Origin: a bacterium
GTDB lineage: Bacteria; UBA8248
Direction: 5' to 3'
Length of the DNA stretch: 64,000 nt
Assembly (NCBI GenBank): GCA_965213685.1
Contig: CBDBZY010000007.1
Coordinates: 128,001-192,000, forward strand
The notes beneath the pieces were generated by a model that worked only from the letters and a program-made list of their open reading frames with translations, had not been told where the DNA came from and searched no databases. The position numbers were made by a program, and so were the translations under genes. This document shows positions 38,904 to 64,000 of this stretch, in pieces; within the stretch, counting starts at the first letter, position 1, and every line of letters begins with the position of its first letter.

Positions 38904-39951
38904 TATGTACTGAAGACTGGCTGGGATGTTATCACCCTAGCACATGTGTTATAAGAATGCTGAGCATTGTGGGTGAGCGAGAGTGAGCCAGCTACAATAG
39001 TCAGATACTTACCTGGAATGATAGTTTGATATGGTGCAATTTATGCACTAGATATATATACACAGATAGCAAAGCAGCCAAAGTATAATGTTATATCACT
39101 AGCTGTAATGTACAACCCCTAAGACTGGCCTCTATAGGTGGCTGCATGTCCATGCTTATATGGAGAATTGTGTGTACAGCCTGCTAAGCTATAAAGTGAT
39201 GTGTGCATGAATGCACCCTGCATGTATCCCACCAGCCAAGTCACTTTCTCAGCCTGTAGGGATCAAGGTGTTGTATAATCAGATGTGAACCTCAAGTGTC
39301 ATGAAAGATGGAAAGTATTTTTAAAGGAGACTGGAAGAGACAGAATTTGCTGACCTATGCCTCTATTTACTGCTACTCTCAGGAATCTCCCCTTCCCCCT
39401 GACGTGACAGCCCCTGAGACAACGTGTGTGCTCAAGATGTTGTATTACATATGCTGTGTGCATGTTGCCTCTTGTTCCGCTGTCGTATTTCTTATGTAGA
39501 TGATTGATAGTGTATACATGTCCATGCCCCTTGGAAGGGTGTTAACGAAGAACTTTACAGTTGAATTGACTTTGACAGAGAGAGAGAGAGAGAAATTTCA
39601 GCAGTTTGTCATTTTCTAGAAAGAAACGGAAATGGTAGAAGCCACTCATGAAGTCTCATAAGTTTCAAAAACAGTGGTGGCTGCTGAGAAATAATTCTAT
39701 CACTGAACATGTACCTAAACCATAGATCAAGGATCTACCGTATAGCATAAAATAGTAGGTAAATTCTCTATAGTAGGTAAAATTCTCTAATCGTACAAAG
39801 CGCCTATCATCGTTCCCGAAGGTACATTCGGCGCGCGCCTGGCCGGAAGGTCACGTGCTATTTCCCTGCACTTAACTAGCACTAGTACTAGTGCTATAGC
39901 ACTGTACATGATAAGCTAGCGTAGTGCAGGACTTCGGTGGGTGAAGTGACA

Positions 39952-44119
<4,168 letters not shown>

Positions 44120-44239
44120 ACTGTCTCACTGCCAAACTTATGCACTCTAGTCCAGCCATAGGTTGTATTTATCTATTGTACATAACAGAAATGTATGTAG
44201 AAAAGTGTGACGTAACATGTTCTCGGGTGTCGGAATAAA

Positions 44240-44252
44240 TGACCTTTGACCT
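44240..44252. promoter_or_regulatory. Perfect DR1 nuclear-receptor element
   Basis: TGACCTTTGACCT (reverse complement AGGTCAAAGGTCA), between an AATAAA at 44234 and the SPATA20 ATG. Confidence 0.45.
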
Positions 44253-44294
44253 GACGTTAGGTGCGTGTTAATTAGAATTAACATACCGTCTCTC

Positions 44295-49835
<5,541 letters not shown>

Positions 49836-50944
49836 GAACTGGTGCACAGTTCATACAGATAATTGTATAAGTATAGACCAATTGTAGAGGTAGCTCATTA
49901 CAATGTATGTGTGATGTTAGTGGTTTGTGTTAATTTTTGTACACTATTCAGAGTTTTGTGTTGTGTTTTTTAAAGTTTCCCAGACTGTTGGGCTCAATGA
50001 GGAGGCCCCTATTAGTTAGTGCAGTGATACATTCAGTCATTCTCGTCTGTTGTGACATGCATCTCACTCGTGATTGCTGTCTCTTACATGATTGCAATGG
50101 AGGGCAAAATGTCATCTTTATAAGCATGTTTCACTTTCAACAGATATTTCACTCTACAATGTTATTCTGCAGGATTTATTCATTGTTGATAGCTATCACT
50201 GGAATGTAGTGGGATGAGGTTCAGGTGATTGCCCTGCCTGTGGGAAATTTCCTAATAAGGTCCTATTGTCTATTTGACTTCACCTGAGCCCTCGAAAAAT
50301 TGTTATAACTTGTCTACTTTACATCCCATTTAAAAAACGCTAACACCATTGGAATCCTCACACCTTTCCCGCTCTGGTGATATCCTTCACTAAACATGAA
50401 AGCTTACCAGTGAAATTTTAGCTGTATGTCCCATAAAGAAAGTATGTAGATACCACTGACCACAAGGAATTTAGTCCGCGTGACCTAACGGAGTGCGCGC
50501 GCCCCTCACGCGGCACTCGCGTTCTCGTTTCCAGAGGAAAAGCTCCAAGAAACGCAGGCTATGAAGATCAGGAAGGATTTTGGTGTGTACTAACCTCCTG
50601 CAAAGGCAGCGCAAGGGTAGAAAGCAGATCTACCCGAAGTCTCGCGCGTATACACAGCTCAGACCACGCCCAGATGCCCGCGCATTCCGTTACCCGCAAA
50701 TATGAGGGAAGTTGTAATAACGACGCACACTTGCGTAAGCGAGTAAACCACAGCTACTTCCGGGGCTCAGGTGAACGCGAATAGACAATAGTTCTGATAC
50801 TATGAATAACCTGTAGCATACAGATAGCTAGAGCTGCTGTAGTTCATCTGGAAGAGAGCTTCCTTTGGCCCTTGTGACTTGCTTGCTTGAGTCTCTTCAG
50901 TTCACTTGCACCAGTAATTGCTGCCACTAAATCTTCCAAGAGCA

Positions 50945-53155
50945 ATGGCCACGCCCACAACTCCCACTGAGCAAGCCCTCAAGAAGCTGGAGGACCAGCT
51001 CACCTGTGCCATCTGCCTGGACTCCTACACCGACCCCAAACTCCTCAACTGCTTCCACGTGTTCTGCACCAAATGCCTGCAGCCCCTGGTGCATCAGGGA
51101 GCACAAGGGCAGACCATCCAATGCCCCAACTGCCGCCAGCCCACCACACTGCCCCAGAACGGAGTCCAAGGCCTTCAGGGGGCCTTTCACATCCACCATT
51201 TGTTTGACATACAGTCTGCTCTCAAGAAGGTCACTGCGTCTCAGGATTTCCTGTGTGACAAATGCAAACAAGACAAGGCCACCCACTTTTGCCGCAACTG
51301 TGGCCAGTTCATCTGCCAAGTGTGTGTCATGGTCCACCAGACGTGGGAGGAGCTCTCCTCGCACGAGGTGATCACTATCCAGCAGCTGACCAGCGACGCT
51401 GCAAAGCTGGTCCCTTCCAAGAAGCAAGCCACGCCCTGTCCCAAGCACCCAGACAGGCAGCTGGACCTGTACTGTGAGACATGTGAGGAGCTGATCTGCC
51501 GCGACTGCATCGTCAAAGTCCACCGGGACCACCAGTATGACCTGGTGGGGGACGCCTTTTCAAAGCACAAAGATGTGATCGTTGCCTCCCTCCAGCCTGT
51601 GGAGCAGCAGCTGGCCACTGTCAGCAAAGCCCTTGAAGGTCTGGACACTCGATGTGGCCAAATCACAGAGCAGCAAAAGGCTATTGAGGCAGACATTGAG
51701 ACAAGCATCAGACAGCTCCACGAGGCTCTGGAGGCGAGAAAGCAAGACCTGATCGGGCAGCTTGAGCAGCTGACCCGACAGAAGCTGAAGAGCCTGGCAG
51801 CCCAGCGAGACCAGTTTGAGCTGGTGGGAACCCAGCTGAGGAGCTGCCGAGACTTTGTGCAGGAGAGCCTCCGAACTGGGAGCAAGGCAGAGATCCTGGC
51901 AATGAAGAAGCCAGTGGTGAAACAGATCAGAGAAATGACTTCCTCCTTCAAGCCTGAAGTCCTAGCACTCCAGGAGCAAGCCAACATGAAGTTCTCCCAC
52001 AATCAGCCTCAACTGGTTCAAGCATGTCAGGAGTTTGGAAGAGTCTATGCCCAACAAGTGTGCCCTGAGAAGTGTCGTGTCAGCAGTCCGGGGGTTGGGT
52101 TTATAATGGTTGGAGAAACAGCCACCACAACTCTCCTAGCCATGGACCAGGAGGGGCAGGAGTACCAGAGAGCTCTTGAAGATGTGAAATCAGAACTGGT
52201 TTCCAGTGATGGCTCCGTCAGAGTCGCAGCTGAAGTGAAGGGAAGAGGAGGGAACAAGTACGAGATCAGCTACCGACCACAACGCAGGGGACAGCACCAC
52301 CTGCACATTCGAGTGGAGGGCAGACACATCTCAGGAAGTCCATTCTCTGTCGTGGTTCACCCAAAGGAATTCACAGCGATCAGAACTATTGAATGTGTCA
52401 AGAGCCCATGGCGTCTGACATTTAATGGCAGGGGAGAGATGGTTGTTGCTGAGTATGGTGGACACTGTATCTCAATATTCAGTGCCAATGGAAAGAAGAT
52501 CAAGTCATTTGGCAGCCAAGGATCAGGTCCAGGACAGCTCCAGTGTCCCATTGGTGTGACAGTTGATGGCCAGGGGAACATACTTGTGTGTGATATGGGC
52601 AACAATCGTATTCAGAAATTCTCCCCTGACGGCACCTTCCTGAAGTCAGTTGGTACATTTGGCTCTGGACCACTGCAGTTTGATGGCCCACGTAGTATTG
52701 CCATACACCCTCACACTAAGAAATTGCATGTGATTGAAGGGCAAAATAATCGTATTCAGGTTCTGAATGAGGATATGACATTTTCCAGCACCTTCGGTAG
52801 TCGTGGTTCAAACAATAGACAGTTTATAACTCCATGTGACATTACTTTTGACTCTGATGGATATTTGTATGTAGCAGACTATATCAATCATCGAATTCAA
52901 GTCTTTAAAGAGGGCAATCAATATGTGAAAGAGTTTAGGAATGAGCTGATGAAACAACCCATCGGTGTCACTGTGTATGGAGGGGTGGTGTATGTTGCTG
53001 ATTATAGGAGCAGACACCTGTTGCTGTTCAGCACAGAAGGAAAGTTTTTGAGATCGTTCAAACCATTTGATGCTGGGCCCCACGGGGTAGCTGTGGATGA
53101 CAGTGGACTGATTTATGTGTGCTATGGCGGCAAGAGTTGTATAGAAGTATTTTAG
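50945..53155 (+). CDS. TRIM-NHL E3 ligase (RING, two B-boxes, coiled coil, filamin, NHL repeats), intronless CDS
   Basis: CAICLD..PKLLNCFHVFC..C, CDKC..FCRNC, CPKH..LYCETC..ICRDC, HISGSPF, and NHL repeats FGSQGSGPGQLQCPIGV and DMGNNRIQKF. Confidence 0.95.
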   Translation: MATPTTPTEQALKKLEDQLTCAICLDSYTDPKLLNCFHVFCTKCLQPLVHQGAQGQTIQCPNCRQPTTLPQNGVQGLQGAFHIHHLFDIQSALKKVTASQDFLCDKCKQDKATHFCRNCGQFICQVCVMVHQTWEELSSHEVITIQQLTSDAAKLVPSKKQATPCPKHPDRQLDLYCETCEELICRDCIVKVHRDHQYDLVGDAFSKHKDVIVASLQPVEQQLATVSKALEGLDTRCGQITEQQKAIEADIETSIRQLHEALEARKQDLIGQLEQLTRQKLKSLAAQRDQFELVGTQLRSCRDFVQESLRTGSKAEILAMKKPVVKQIREMTSSFKPEVLALQEQANMKFSHNQPQLVQACQEFGRVYAQQVCPEKCRVSSPGVGFIMVGETATTTLLAMDQEGQEYQRALEDVKSELVSSDGSVRVAAEVKGRGGNKYEISYRPQRRGQHHLHIRVEGRHISGSPFSVVVHPKEFTAIRTIECVKSPWRLTFNGRGEMVVAEYGGHCISIFSANGKKIKSFGSQGSGPGQLQCPIGVTVDGQGNILVCDMGNNRIQKFSPDGTFLKSVGTFGSGPLQFDGPRSIAIHPHTKKLHVIEGQNNRIQVLNEDMTFSSTFGSRGSNNRQFITPCDITFDSDGYLYVADYINHRIQVFKEGNQYVKEFRNELMKQPIGVTVYGGVVYVADYRSRHLLLFSTEGKFLRSFKPFDAGPHGVAVDDSGLIYVCYGGKSCIEVF

Positions 53156-53359
53156 AATGTATTCATGGTCCATTGAGTAGTTAGCGTGATGTATGTATGA
53201 TGTATGTATGATGTCATATCTTGTCTGGTATGTACATCATCTCTTAATTATGCTGTATTAGTATTTTATGCTTTAATGCCACAAAATTGTTTTTAGAAGG
53301 TCTTCTTGGTTTATTAAGTGAATCCCTGCTGGTTTCACATGGTGCGTATATATGTTGCA

Positions 53360-53414
53360 AGACCCTAATTGGGATGCATGAGCTGCATGGGTGAATGCAT
53401 CCCAATTAGGGTCT
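53360..53414. other. Perfect 20-bp stem hairpin with 15-nt loop
   Basis: AGACCCTAATTGGGATGCAT / ATGCATCCCAATTAGGGTCT. Confidence 0.85.
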
Positions 53415-54191
53415 CACAACACATTTGTTGGCTGTTGTGGGCCTACTTACCCTAGCCACCCCATGACTTCCTCTACCACTTCAGCTTTGAGATATGGGCC
53501 TTTGAAATTTTGGCTGCCAGGCAACAGCCAACAAAATATAATACTCTGTACAGCTTGTATGTACATACTTCTCCTTGTATTATTAAACATTTTGAACTAA
53601 CCACCAAAATGGGGTGAATACAGCAGTATACATTCTAAAGCAGGGCACAAAAATGCATGGTGCATAAGGCTAAGTATATAGCATAGTGCATAAGGTTACA
53701 TGGCATGGTACAGTAAGGGTGAGAGGCTGGGATGAGGCTATATACAGCACCCCCTCCTCCAGGGAAAGGGGAACAAACCATTCACATGCAGTCAACACAT
53801 GTACTGTAAGATGGCTTCAGTGGATGTGGTGAAACTGACTTGACAAGTGTGTCTGTAGTTAGAAGGCTGGGGTTGCAGCACGCAATGCAATGCTGGGTTG
53901 ACTACGAAGATGTATAGTGGTCACTCAGCCACCTACTCAGGTCACTTGTGATATAATGGCATACACTTGAATCTCTATTAAACAGCCACCTCTCTATTAC
54001 AGCCATTTCACAATGTATTGCCCATAGGTGATCACTATAGTCATTATAAGCATGACTGTGATTGGTACTTTGTAATTGGAGTATTCACTATGGCATGGAA
54101 GGTAAAATTAATATTAACATTGAAAATTAAAATTAATTTTGGATGGTGTAAAACTCATAAACACATATACATAAATAATAGACTATCATGA

Positions 54192-58150
<3,959 letters not shown>

Positions 58151-58258
58151 AGCAAAGTTGGCGGCGCGCGCATACTGTTGTAGGCGTGTCTAACTGGCAG
58201 GTTAACGAGCCCCGCCCTCACATTGCAATGCAGCTTTGTGCGAGATAAACAAATCGCA

Positions 58259-59359
58259 ATGGGTTTTGACGTCCAACGTTTCGATGGAGAGGTTGGAGAA
58301 GACCTGATCTGTCAATTCTGCTCTAAAGTACTTGAAAAGCCCACCTCGAGCGCCTGTAGCCATGTATTCTGCTCTGGCTGCGTTCAGAAAGCGGCCGGTA
58401 AGGAGCTCGACTGTCCGAAATGTGGCAGTGTAATAAAACCGGCCGCCAGTGATTCGGACAAACATGCCGAAGAGCTGGCCGAGAGACTGAGTCAGTTGAG
58501 TATCCACTGCACGCACCACTCCGTCGGTTGCTCGGCCGTCATGCCTTGGGGGGAGTTGGAACATCACGCAGAGAGGGAGTGTGACTATCGCCCAGTTCCC
58601 TGCAAACACAGAGGCTGCTCAGAGCGCTGCCCGCTGAACCAACTGGAGACGCACATGGAGAAATGCGACCACCGTATCGTGGAGTGTAGAGTGTGCAAGG
58701 CCTGCCTACCCCGCAAAGACATGCCCGCGCACCAAGCCGTGAAGAGATGTTACGAGGAGCTGAACAAAAGGAAACGAGTGGCCAGCGCGCGTAGGATGTC
58801 CCAAGAGCTGAAGGAACATCGCTCGGAGATGCTCAGACAGCGACACCAGACAGAGCAGGCGGAGAGAAGGATCACGAGGGAGCACTACTTCCCTCCTCCC
58901 CAGCGTCGCCGCGCCATGAGCGCGGGACCCATCCTTCTGACGGCGCAGTCCGTGGGGGCGAGGGTTGGCAGCGCCATGGTCGTGCCGCACTACTCCCGCA
59001 ATCTCAAGAGCGCCGTCCTGGACACCTGCCGAGGCTGCTCGGACAAGTTCCTTTCCGGACGGAGACCAAGCGCGAGGAGACACTCGCACATGAAGGTTGG
59101 GAAGACAGCAACACTGTCTTGATTGTATGCACACTCATCTTATTATCTATCCTTTTCCCCCTCTTCTCCGTGGCCTGTGACGTGCTGTATCCCACACTAC
59201 CCATTACTGCCATAGCCGGTAAGCCAGCTCAAGAATATGCATGCTCCTGATAGGATTATACCTAATAAATGATCGCTTATTCTTTGCCTGCAGTGTGATC
59301 ACTGCGAGCACTGGAGGAGGTGGAACGGACCTCGAGGATGGGCCTCGGCTGTCTCCTGA
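58259..59359 (+). CDS. RING plus TRAF-type zinc-finger E3 ligase (PDZRN3/RNF41-like N-terminus, no PDZ domain)
   Basis: MGFDVQRFDGEVGEDLICQFCSKVLEKP..CSHVFC..C, then C.H...GC, H...ECDYRPVPC and HMEKC. Probable intron ~59096-59293 and a short last exon. Confidence 0.85.
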
Positions 59360-59645
59360 GATCATGTGGAACACCCTCTATATTAATTTATACATGTTAT
59401 ATATAGTCAGTACATGTGCAGCATCTGTATCATGCAGGCAGTCTCCCCTATGAATATAATACTATGTTCATTACTTCATAAAATTTCTTTTTTGAGTGTT
59501 GTGGATGGATTCAATCATGAGATCACTGTGAATATAATAATGTATGCATAATAGGCTAATACAGAAAGCACTATCACTGTCATGGTTAGATTGTGTGGTA
59601 TTGAACACTGATCACTGTGTCTTGAGTCCTGTCGCTGGTGAGTAT

Positions 59646-60316
59646 TCATCCATCGGTTCTCTCTTTGATGCTGTGCTCTAACATGTTAGTAATGCCCTCA
59701 AACTTGAAGCTGCCGTCGAAGTACTGATTGTTGAGCATCATTGGATACCACAGAATGTCGTCTGGCCACATGTCACTATATGGGATCTCTGAGTGCGTAA
59801 ACCACTTGGGACGCATCTCTGAAAGACATTCACACAAGGAAGAAAGGGGCAGTAAATAAGAGGGAATAACAGGGGGATCGAGCAATGAAAGAATTAATAA
59901 CAGGGGCAGTAGTAATAGTGGTGTACGCTGTTTTGGTAATGCTGTGTACCTTCACTCTCTGTGACCTCCCCTGAGAAGTGTGTTGTCCGGAACACGTGCA
60001 CCTCCAAAATCTGGGGTTCGTTGACAAATTCAAAGAGTAGGACCCCCACTTTGTCTAAGTCAGTGACATCCAGACCGCATTCCTCTTTTGTCTCCCTGGG
60101 GGGAAGTATTGACCCATCAATTGAAATTCATACAGCCACTGCTCACCTCACTGCTGCTGCCTCGATGCTCTCGTCCTCCTGCACTTTCCCGCCAAACCCG
60201 TTCCAGCGCCCGACGGCAAAGCCACGCTTCTTGTAGCCCAGCAACACCTGCCGAGCGTCAGGCCTTAGCACGAAGAGCAACGTGAGGAGCTTGTTAGGAG
60301 GTCTGGCCTGCGACAT
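59646..60316 (-). CDS. NUDT1: 8-oxo-dGTPase MTH1 (Nudix)
   Basis: [39 protein letters not shown] and [20 protein letters not shown] in 3 exons. Confidence 0.95.
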
Positions 60317-60481
60317 GGCTACGTGCTACGTGCTACGTGACGTGGCTAGCTAGTTGGCGGCTGGATCACGTGACGGTTGTGCAACAAATGTCACAATTCC
60401 GTTCTGCGGCTCTGGCGCACTGGAATGAGACTAGGAGAGGTGGGTGAGGCTGGTGTATAGACGAGGGGTCGGTACACAGCA

Positions 60482-63400
60482 ATGGAGTTCACGCTAGCCG
60501 AGGCGGAGAGAATAGACCTTGCCAAGAAGAGTGTAGCCGAAATGTTGTCTGTGAGTTCTCCTAGGTGGCCACAGGGGGCACGTGGACCGGTGGGCAGCCC
60601 AATGTTACCATGGTGGCTCTGCTGCAGTGATATCTTAGAGTGTGGGAAGGTTATGTAATTCAGTTGGCGCATGTCAGTTGTCATTCCTCGCCAGAGACCT
60701 GAAGAGCTGGATCGGCTGGAACAGTACAGGAGGAAAGTGGCAAGAAAGAAAGTGAGCTAGCAACATCACCAGCACCGCTGCTATGGGGCCACACTGAGGG
60801 CCAGGTTGTCTACTTACTGACTTTATCTTTGTCTGTGTCCCTATTCCAGGCTACAGTGGAGTCTCAGTTACGGAATGCGGTACAGACACAGCTGGAAGGG
60901 GTCCAGACGGGGCTAGAGAACCTCAAGGAGTGAGTTAACCACAACACTATCTGTCACTGAGCCAGACCCTGTGGGGCTGGCCAGTCACCTGACTGAACCG
61001 ACCAATAGGATTTATGAAAATTCATGTAGGCCTTTTTGAGATTAGCGCATGACAAACTGAATGCCATTTACCAAAATTTCATATAGAAACTTTACTATGT
61101 AATGAAACGAGGCACATCCATTGCTTGCCTCCCCTTCTACTCCTCCTCCTCCCCCTCTTCCATTGCAGAGCAGAGAAGGCTGTGGAGGAGATCAAAGAGA
61201 GGTAAGCCGTAACCATAACAACCATCTGCTGACCTATTTTTACTTCACCCCTCACCCTCCACCCCTCACTAGCATGGCATATGTTGAGGATGTGTACAGG
61301 CAAAAAGGAGCCGAGCTATCGGATGTGGTTGGTCCAATCAGAGAGGTCAACAGGAAGCACCAACAGGTGGGTGTGGTCAGTGATACAAGAAGAGGAGAGG
61401 GGAAAGGGAGAAAGAGGAGGAGGTAGGGATGATGGGTTGCAACAGAAAGAAGAGGATGTGTGTTGAGAGAGGGAGAGGCAAGAGCTAAGGATGGGAGGCA
61501 GTTTGAAAACTAATGAAGTAGAAGAGGAGTCACAGAATGCTATCAAAACAGCTGTAATCTATCCACCACTCCCCCTCACACAGCTCAGTGAGTAACTGTA
61601 TCCTCCTACCTGTTCCCTCTTCTTTCCCCTGTCCTTCCCTTCTTGTTCCCTCCCCTCCATCCTTCTGCCCTCCCTCTCTCTCCCCTCCCTCCCCTCCCTC
61701 CCTCTCTCCCTCCCTCTCTCTCCCTCCCTCTCTCCCTTCCCTCCCTCTCTCTCCCTCAGCTGAAGACAACTAACGAACACATCAATAACATATTCAGCGT
61801 TCCTCAAGTGGTGACTGACACTAAAGAGCTCATCAAACAAGGCAACCTCCTGGAGGCCCACCAGAAGTTAGCGAAAGGACTGAAAAAACCACATTCATTT
61901 TCTTCCTCCTACTGCTGTTAATTTCCCCTCCCTCTCTCCCCCCCTCTCTCCCTCCTACCTTTCCTCCCTCTCTTCTCCCTCCCTCCCTCCCTCCCTCCCT
62001 CCCTCCTTCCCTCCCTCCTTCCCTCCCTCCCTCCCTCCCTCCCTCAAAGCCTGAGCAGACTGGAGCACACCAGGGACGAGCTTCTCATGCAGCTCTACCA
62101 AGGAGAAGATGCCTACGTCGACAAGAACACAGTTAGCCTCCCCCTCACCTCATGGTCTCCACTCACACGCAATGTGACATTGCTCTGTTTTTCTTTCAGT
62201 CACTCCATCACTACTTCGAGGACCTTATTGGACTGTCAGTAAGTCTTGGCTTTGATTCCTTGTCTTCTTCCTCTGCCCCTCCTTTATTCCACACTCCTCC
62301 CACCCTCCCTCCCTCCCTCCTTCCCTCCCTTCCTCCCTCCCACCCTCCCTCCCACCCTCCCTTCCTCCCTCCCTTCCTCCCTCATGGCCTTTATCTGCCC
62401 TCCTCCCTCCCCTCCAGGATGCTCTGGGCCAGAATCTCTGGATGACCATGCACCAGACCACTCACTTGGTCATGGAGTCTCCTGCGACGGTAGTGACTGC
62501 CCTGCGTATTGTGGAGAGGGAGGAGAGGTATGTCTCACCCTCCATGGGGGAAGAGGGATTCATCTTCAATTGCCTTCCTGCTCATCCCTCTGTCATCTTG
62601 TCCTCATCCTCCCTTTGTGCCTTCCTCCCTCCCTCTCCCCTCCCTCCCTCCCTCCTTCCCTCTCCCCCTTCTGCTTCCCCCTCACCCCTTTCCACAGAAT
62701 TGACAAGATGTTAGAAGAGACCCTGGAAAGCAAGGGGATTCCCCAGTCCCAGATTCCAGGCCGGCCGAAACGGTGGAAGGACAAGTGCTTGGAGATCTTG
62801 GAGACCTCTATTTCCAACAAGTCAGTCAGCATGTGTGGCAACATGCTTGTATGAGGACTTCCTCCTCCTCCTCCTCCTCCTCCTCCTCCTCCTCTTCCTC
62901 CCCCTCCTCCCCCTCATCCCCCTCCACCTCTTCCTCCTCCTCCTCCTCCTCCTCTTCCTCCTCCTCCTCCTCCTCCTCCTCCTCCTCTTCTTTTCAACCT
63001 GTTAGGTTTGAAGAGGTAGACACTAACTCTCAGATGAGGATGGAGAGTAAGGAGTGGCTCACTGAACTCCTCACAGATGTGGCTAAGTTATGCTACCAGG
63101 ATCTCCAGGCCATGGTTACCAGGGGAGACAAGTGCTTCCCTCCCGAGTATAAGATTGTTCCGTTCTTTGTGAGGAGGTATCACGCAGGACTTGTGAGAGT
63201 GGTGAGGATGGGAGGGATGAGGAGGAGAGGGAGGGGGGGAGGGAGGAGAGAGAGAGGGAGAGGGAGGGGGGGACTGTGAAGAGAGGGAGAGGGAGAGGGG
63301 AAGGAGAGGGAGAGAAAGAGGGTGAGGGAGAGAGAAAGGGAGAGGGGAGGGGAGGGAGGAATAGTATGACAGTAGAGCTTTTTTTTGCTGTACCGCAGCA

Positions 63401-64000
63401 GCTAGTTGTCACAAGTGATGTCTCTCGAGTGATGCTGTGTCTTCCTCTAACTCTGCACAGATCTCCCAACTCATTGACATGGGACTGAATGCCAGAGATA
63501 TCATAACTCTCATGGTCTGGATTGGAGACGTGAGGTGAGGGAGAAAGTGAGGGAGGAAGGGGGGAGGGGGGGGGGGGGGGGGGGGGGAGGATGAGGGAGA
63601 GAGAGGGGGAAGAGGAGGGAGGGGGGGAGGATGAGGGAGAGAGAGGGGGAAGAGGAGGGAGGGGGGGAGGATGAGGGAGAGAGAGGGGGAAGAGGAGGGA
63701 GGGGAAAGGAGAGTGAATTGTGGGCTTTCCTTCACAGGCAGTCATTTGCAGAGATGTTGGGCATTGACCTGCTCAAAGCCGGGGCTCTCATAGAGCCAGA
63801 GAAAGAGAAAGATCTCCTCAAGACGTGAGACATGCACTTTTGCCTCTGCCTCTGCCCCTCAATGGAGGGTGTACATATGTTATGTTGCTATGGTGATATG
63901 ATGTGGTTGTCATGGTGAGGTGTCATTCACTGCAGCTGTCATGCACAAGTGGAGACAAATGTCAGAGACTTGATGGACAACATGGTGAAGACAGAGGTGG
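60482..64000 (+). CDS. EXOC3: Exocyst complex component 3 (Sec6), 5' part, runs off the window
   Basis: VAEMLSRPEELDRLEQYRRKVARKKATVESQL, QTQLEGVQTGL, NLLEAHQ, VTALRIVEREERID, PGRPKRWK and KCFPPEYKIV. Confidence 0.93.

Noticed and set aside
39320-39720. TTAAAGG start resembling a Kolobok transposon end
   Set aside because: No matching inverted end was found nearby.
61582-61606. Possible 4-nt microexon (CAG-CTCA-GTGAGT) and GTATCCT motif in an EXOC3 intron
   Set aside because: The flanking exons already join in frame (KHQQ-LKTTNEH), and inclusion would frameshift.

Overview
Gene-dense, intron-rich eukaryotic (animal) DNA, most consistent with a demosponge. The organism call is an inference from short microsatellite-filled introns, DLG/HRDLSANN kinase-Kelch genes and an intronless TRIM-NHL. 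About 17 protein-coding genes can be assembled by hand: ACO2 (3' part), PIGX, an IFI44-like P-loop protein, a NEK-like kinase, an uncharacterised CaaX protein, FBF1, EVG1/C22orf23, WDR90 carrying two nested kinase-coiled coil-Kelch genes, UQCRC2, SPATA20, a TRIM-NHL, an atypical POT/SLC15 transporter, a RING-TRAF zinc-finger gene, NUDT1 and EXOC3 (5' part). There is also an intronic tRNA-Val(TAC) and several non-autonomous DNA elements. The most interesting signals are: (1) two inverted kinase-Kelch genes nested in WDR90 introns that share a near-identical 560-bp kinase cassette but have highly divergent C-terminal halves; (2) a three-gene cluster whose products all carry lipid-anchor motifs (IFI44-like CaaX, myristoyl-kinase, unknown CaaX); (3) a candidate U12 intron; (4) a tRNA whose terminator doubles as a splice polypyrimidine tract; (5) a POT transporter lacking its proton-coupling residues; (6) a self-complementary microsatellite intron. 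All gene identities come from recalled family motifs, not database searches, and exon coordinates were read by eye.
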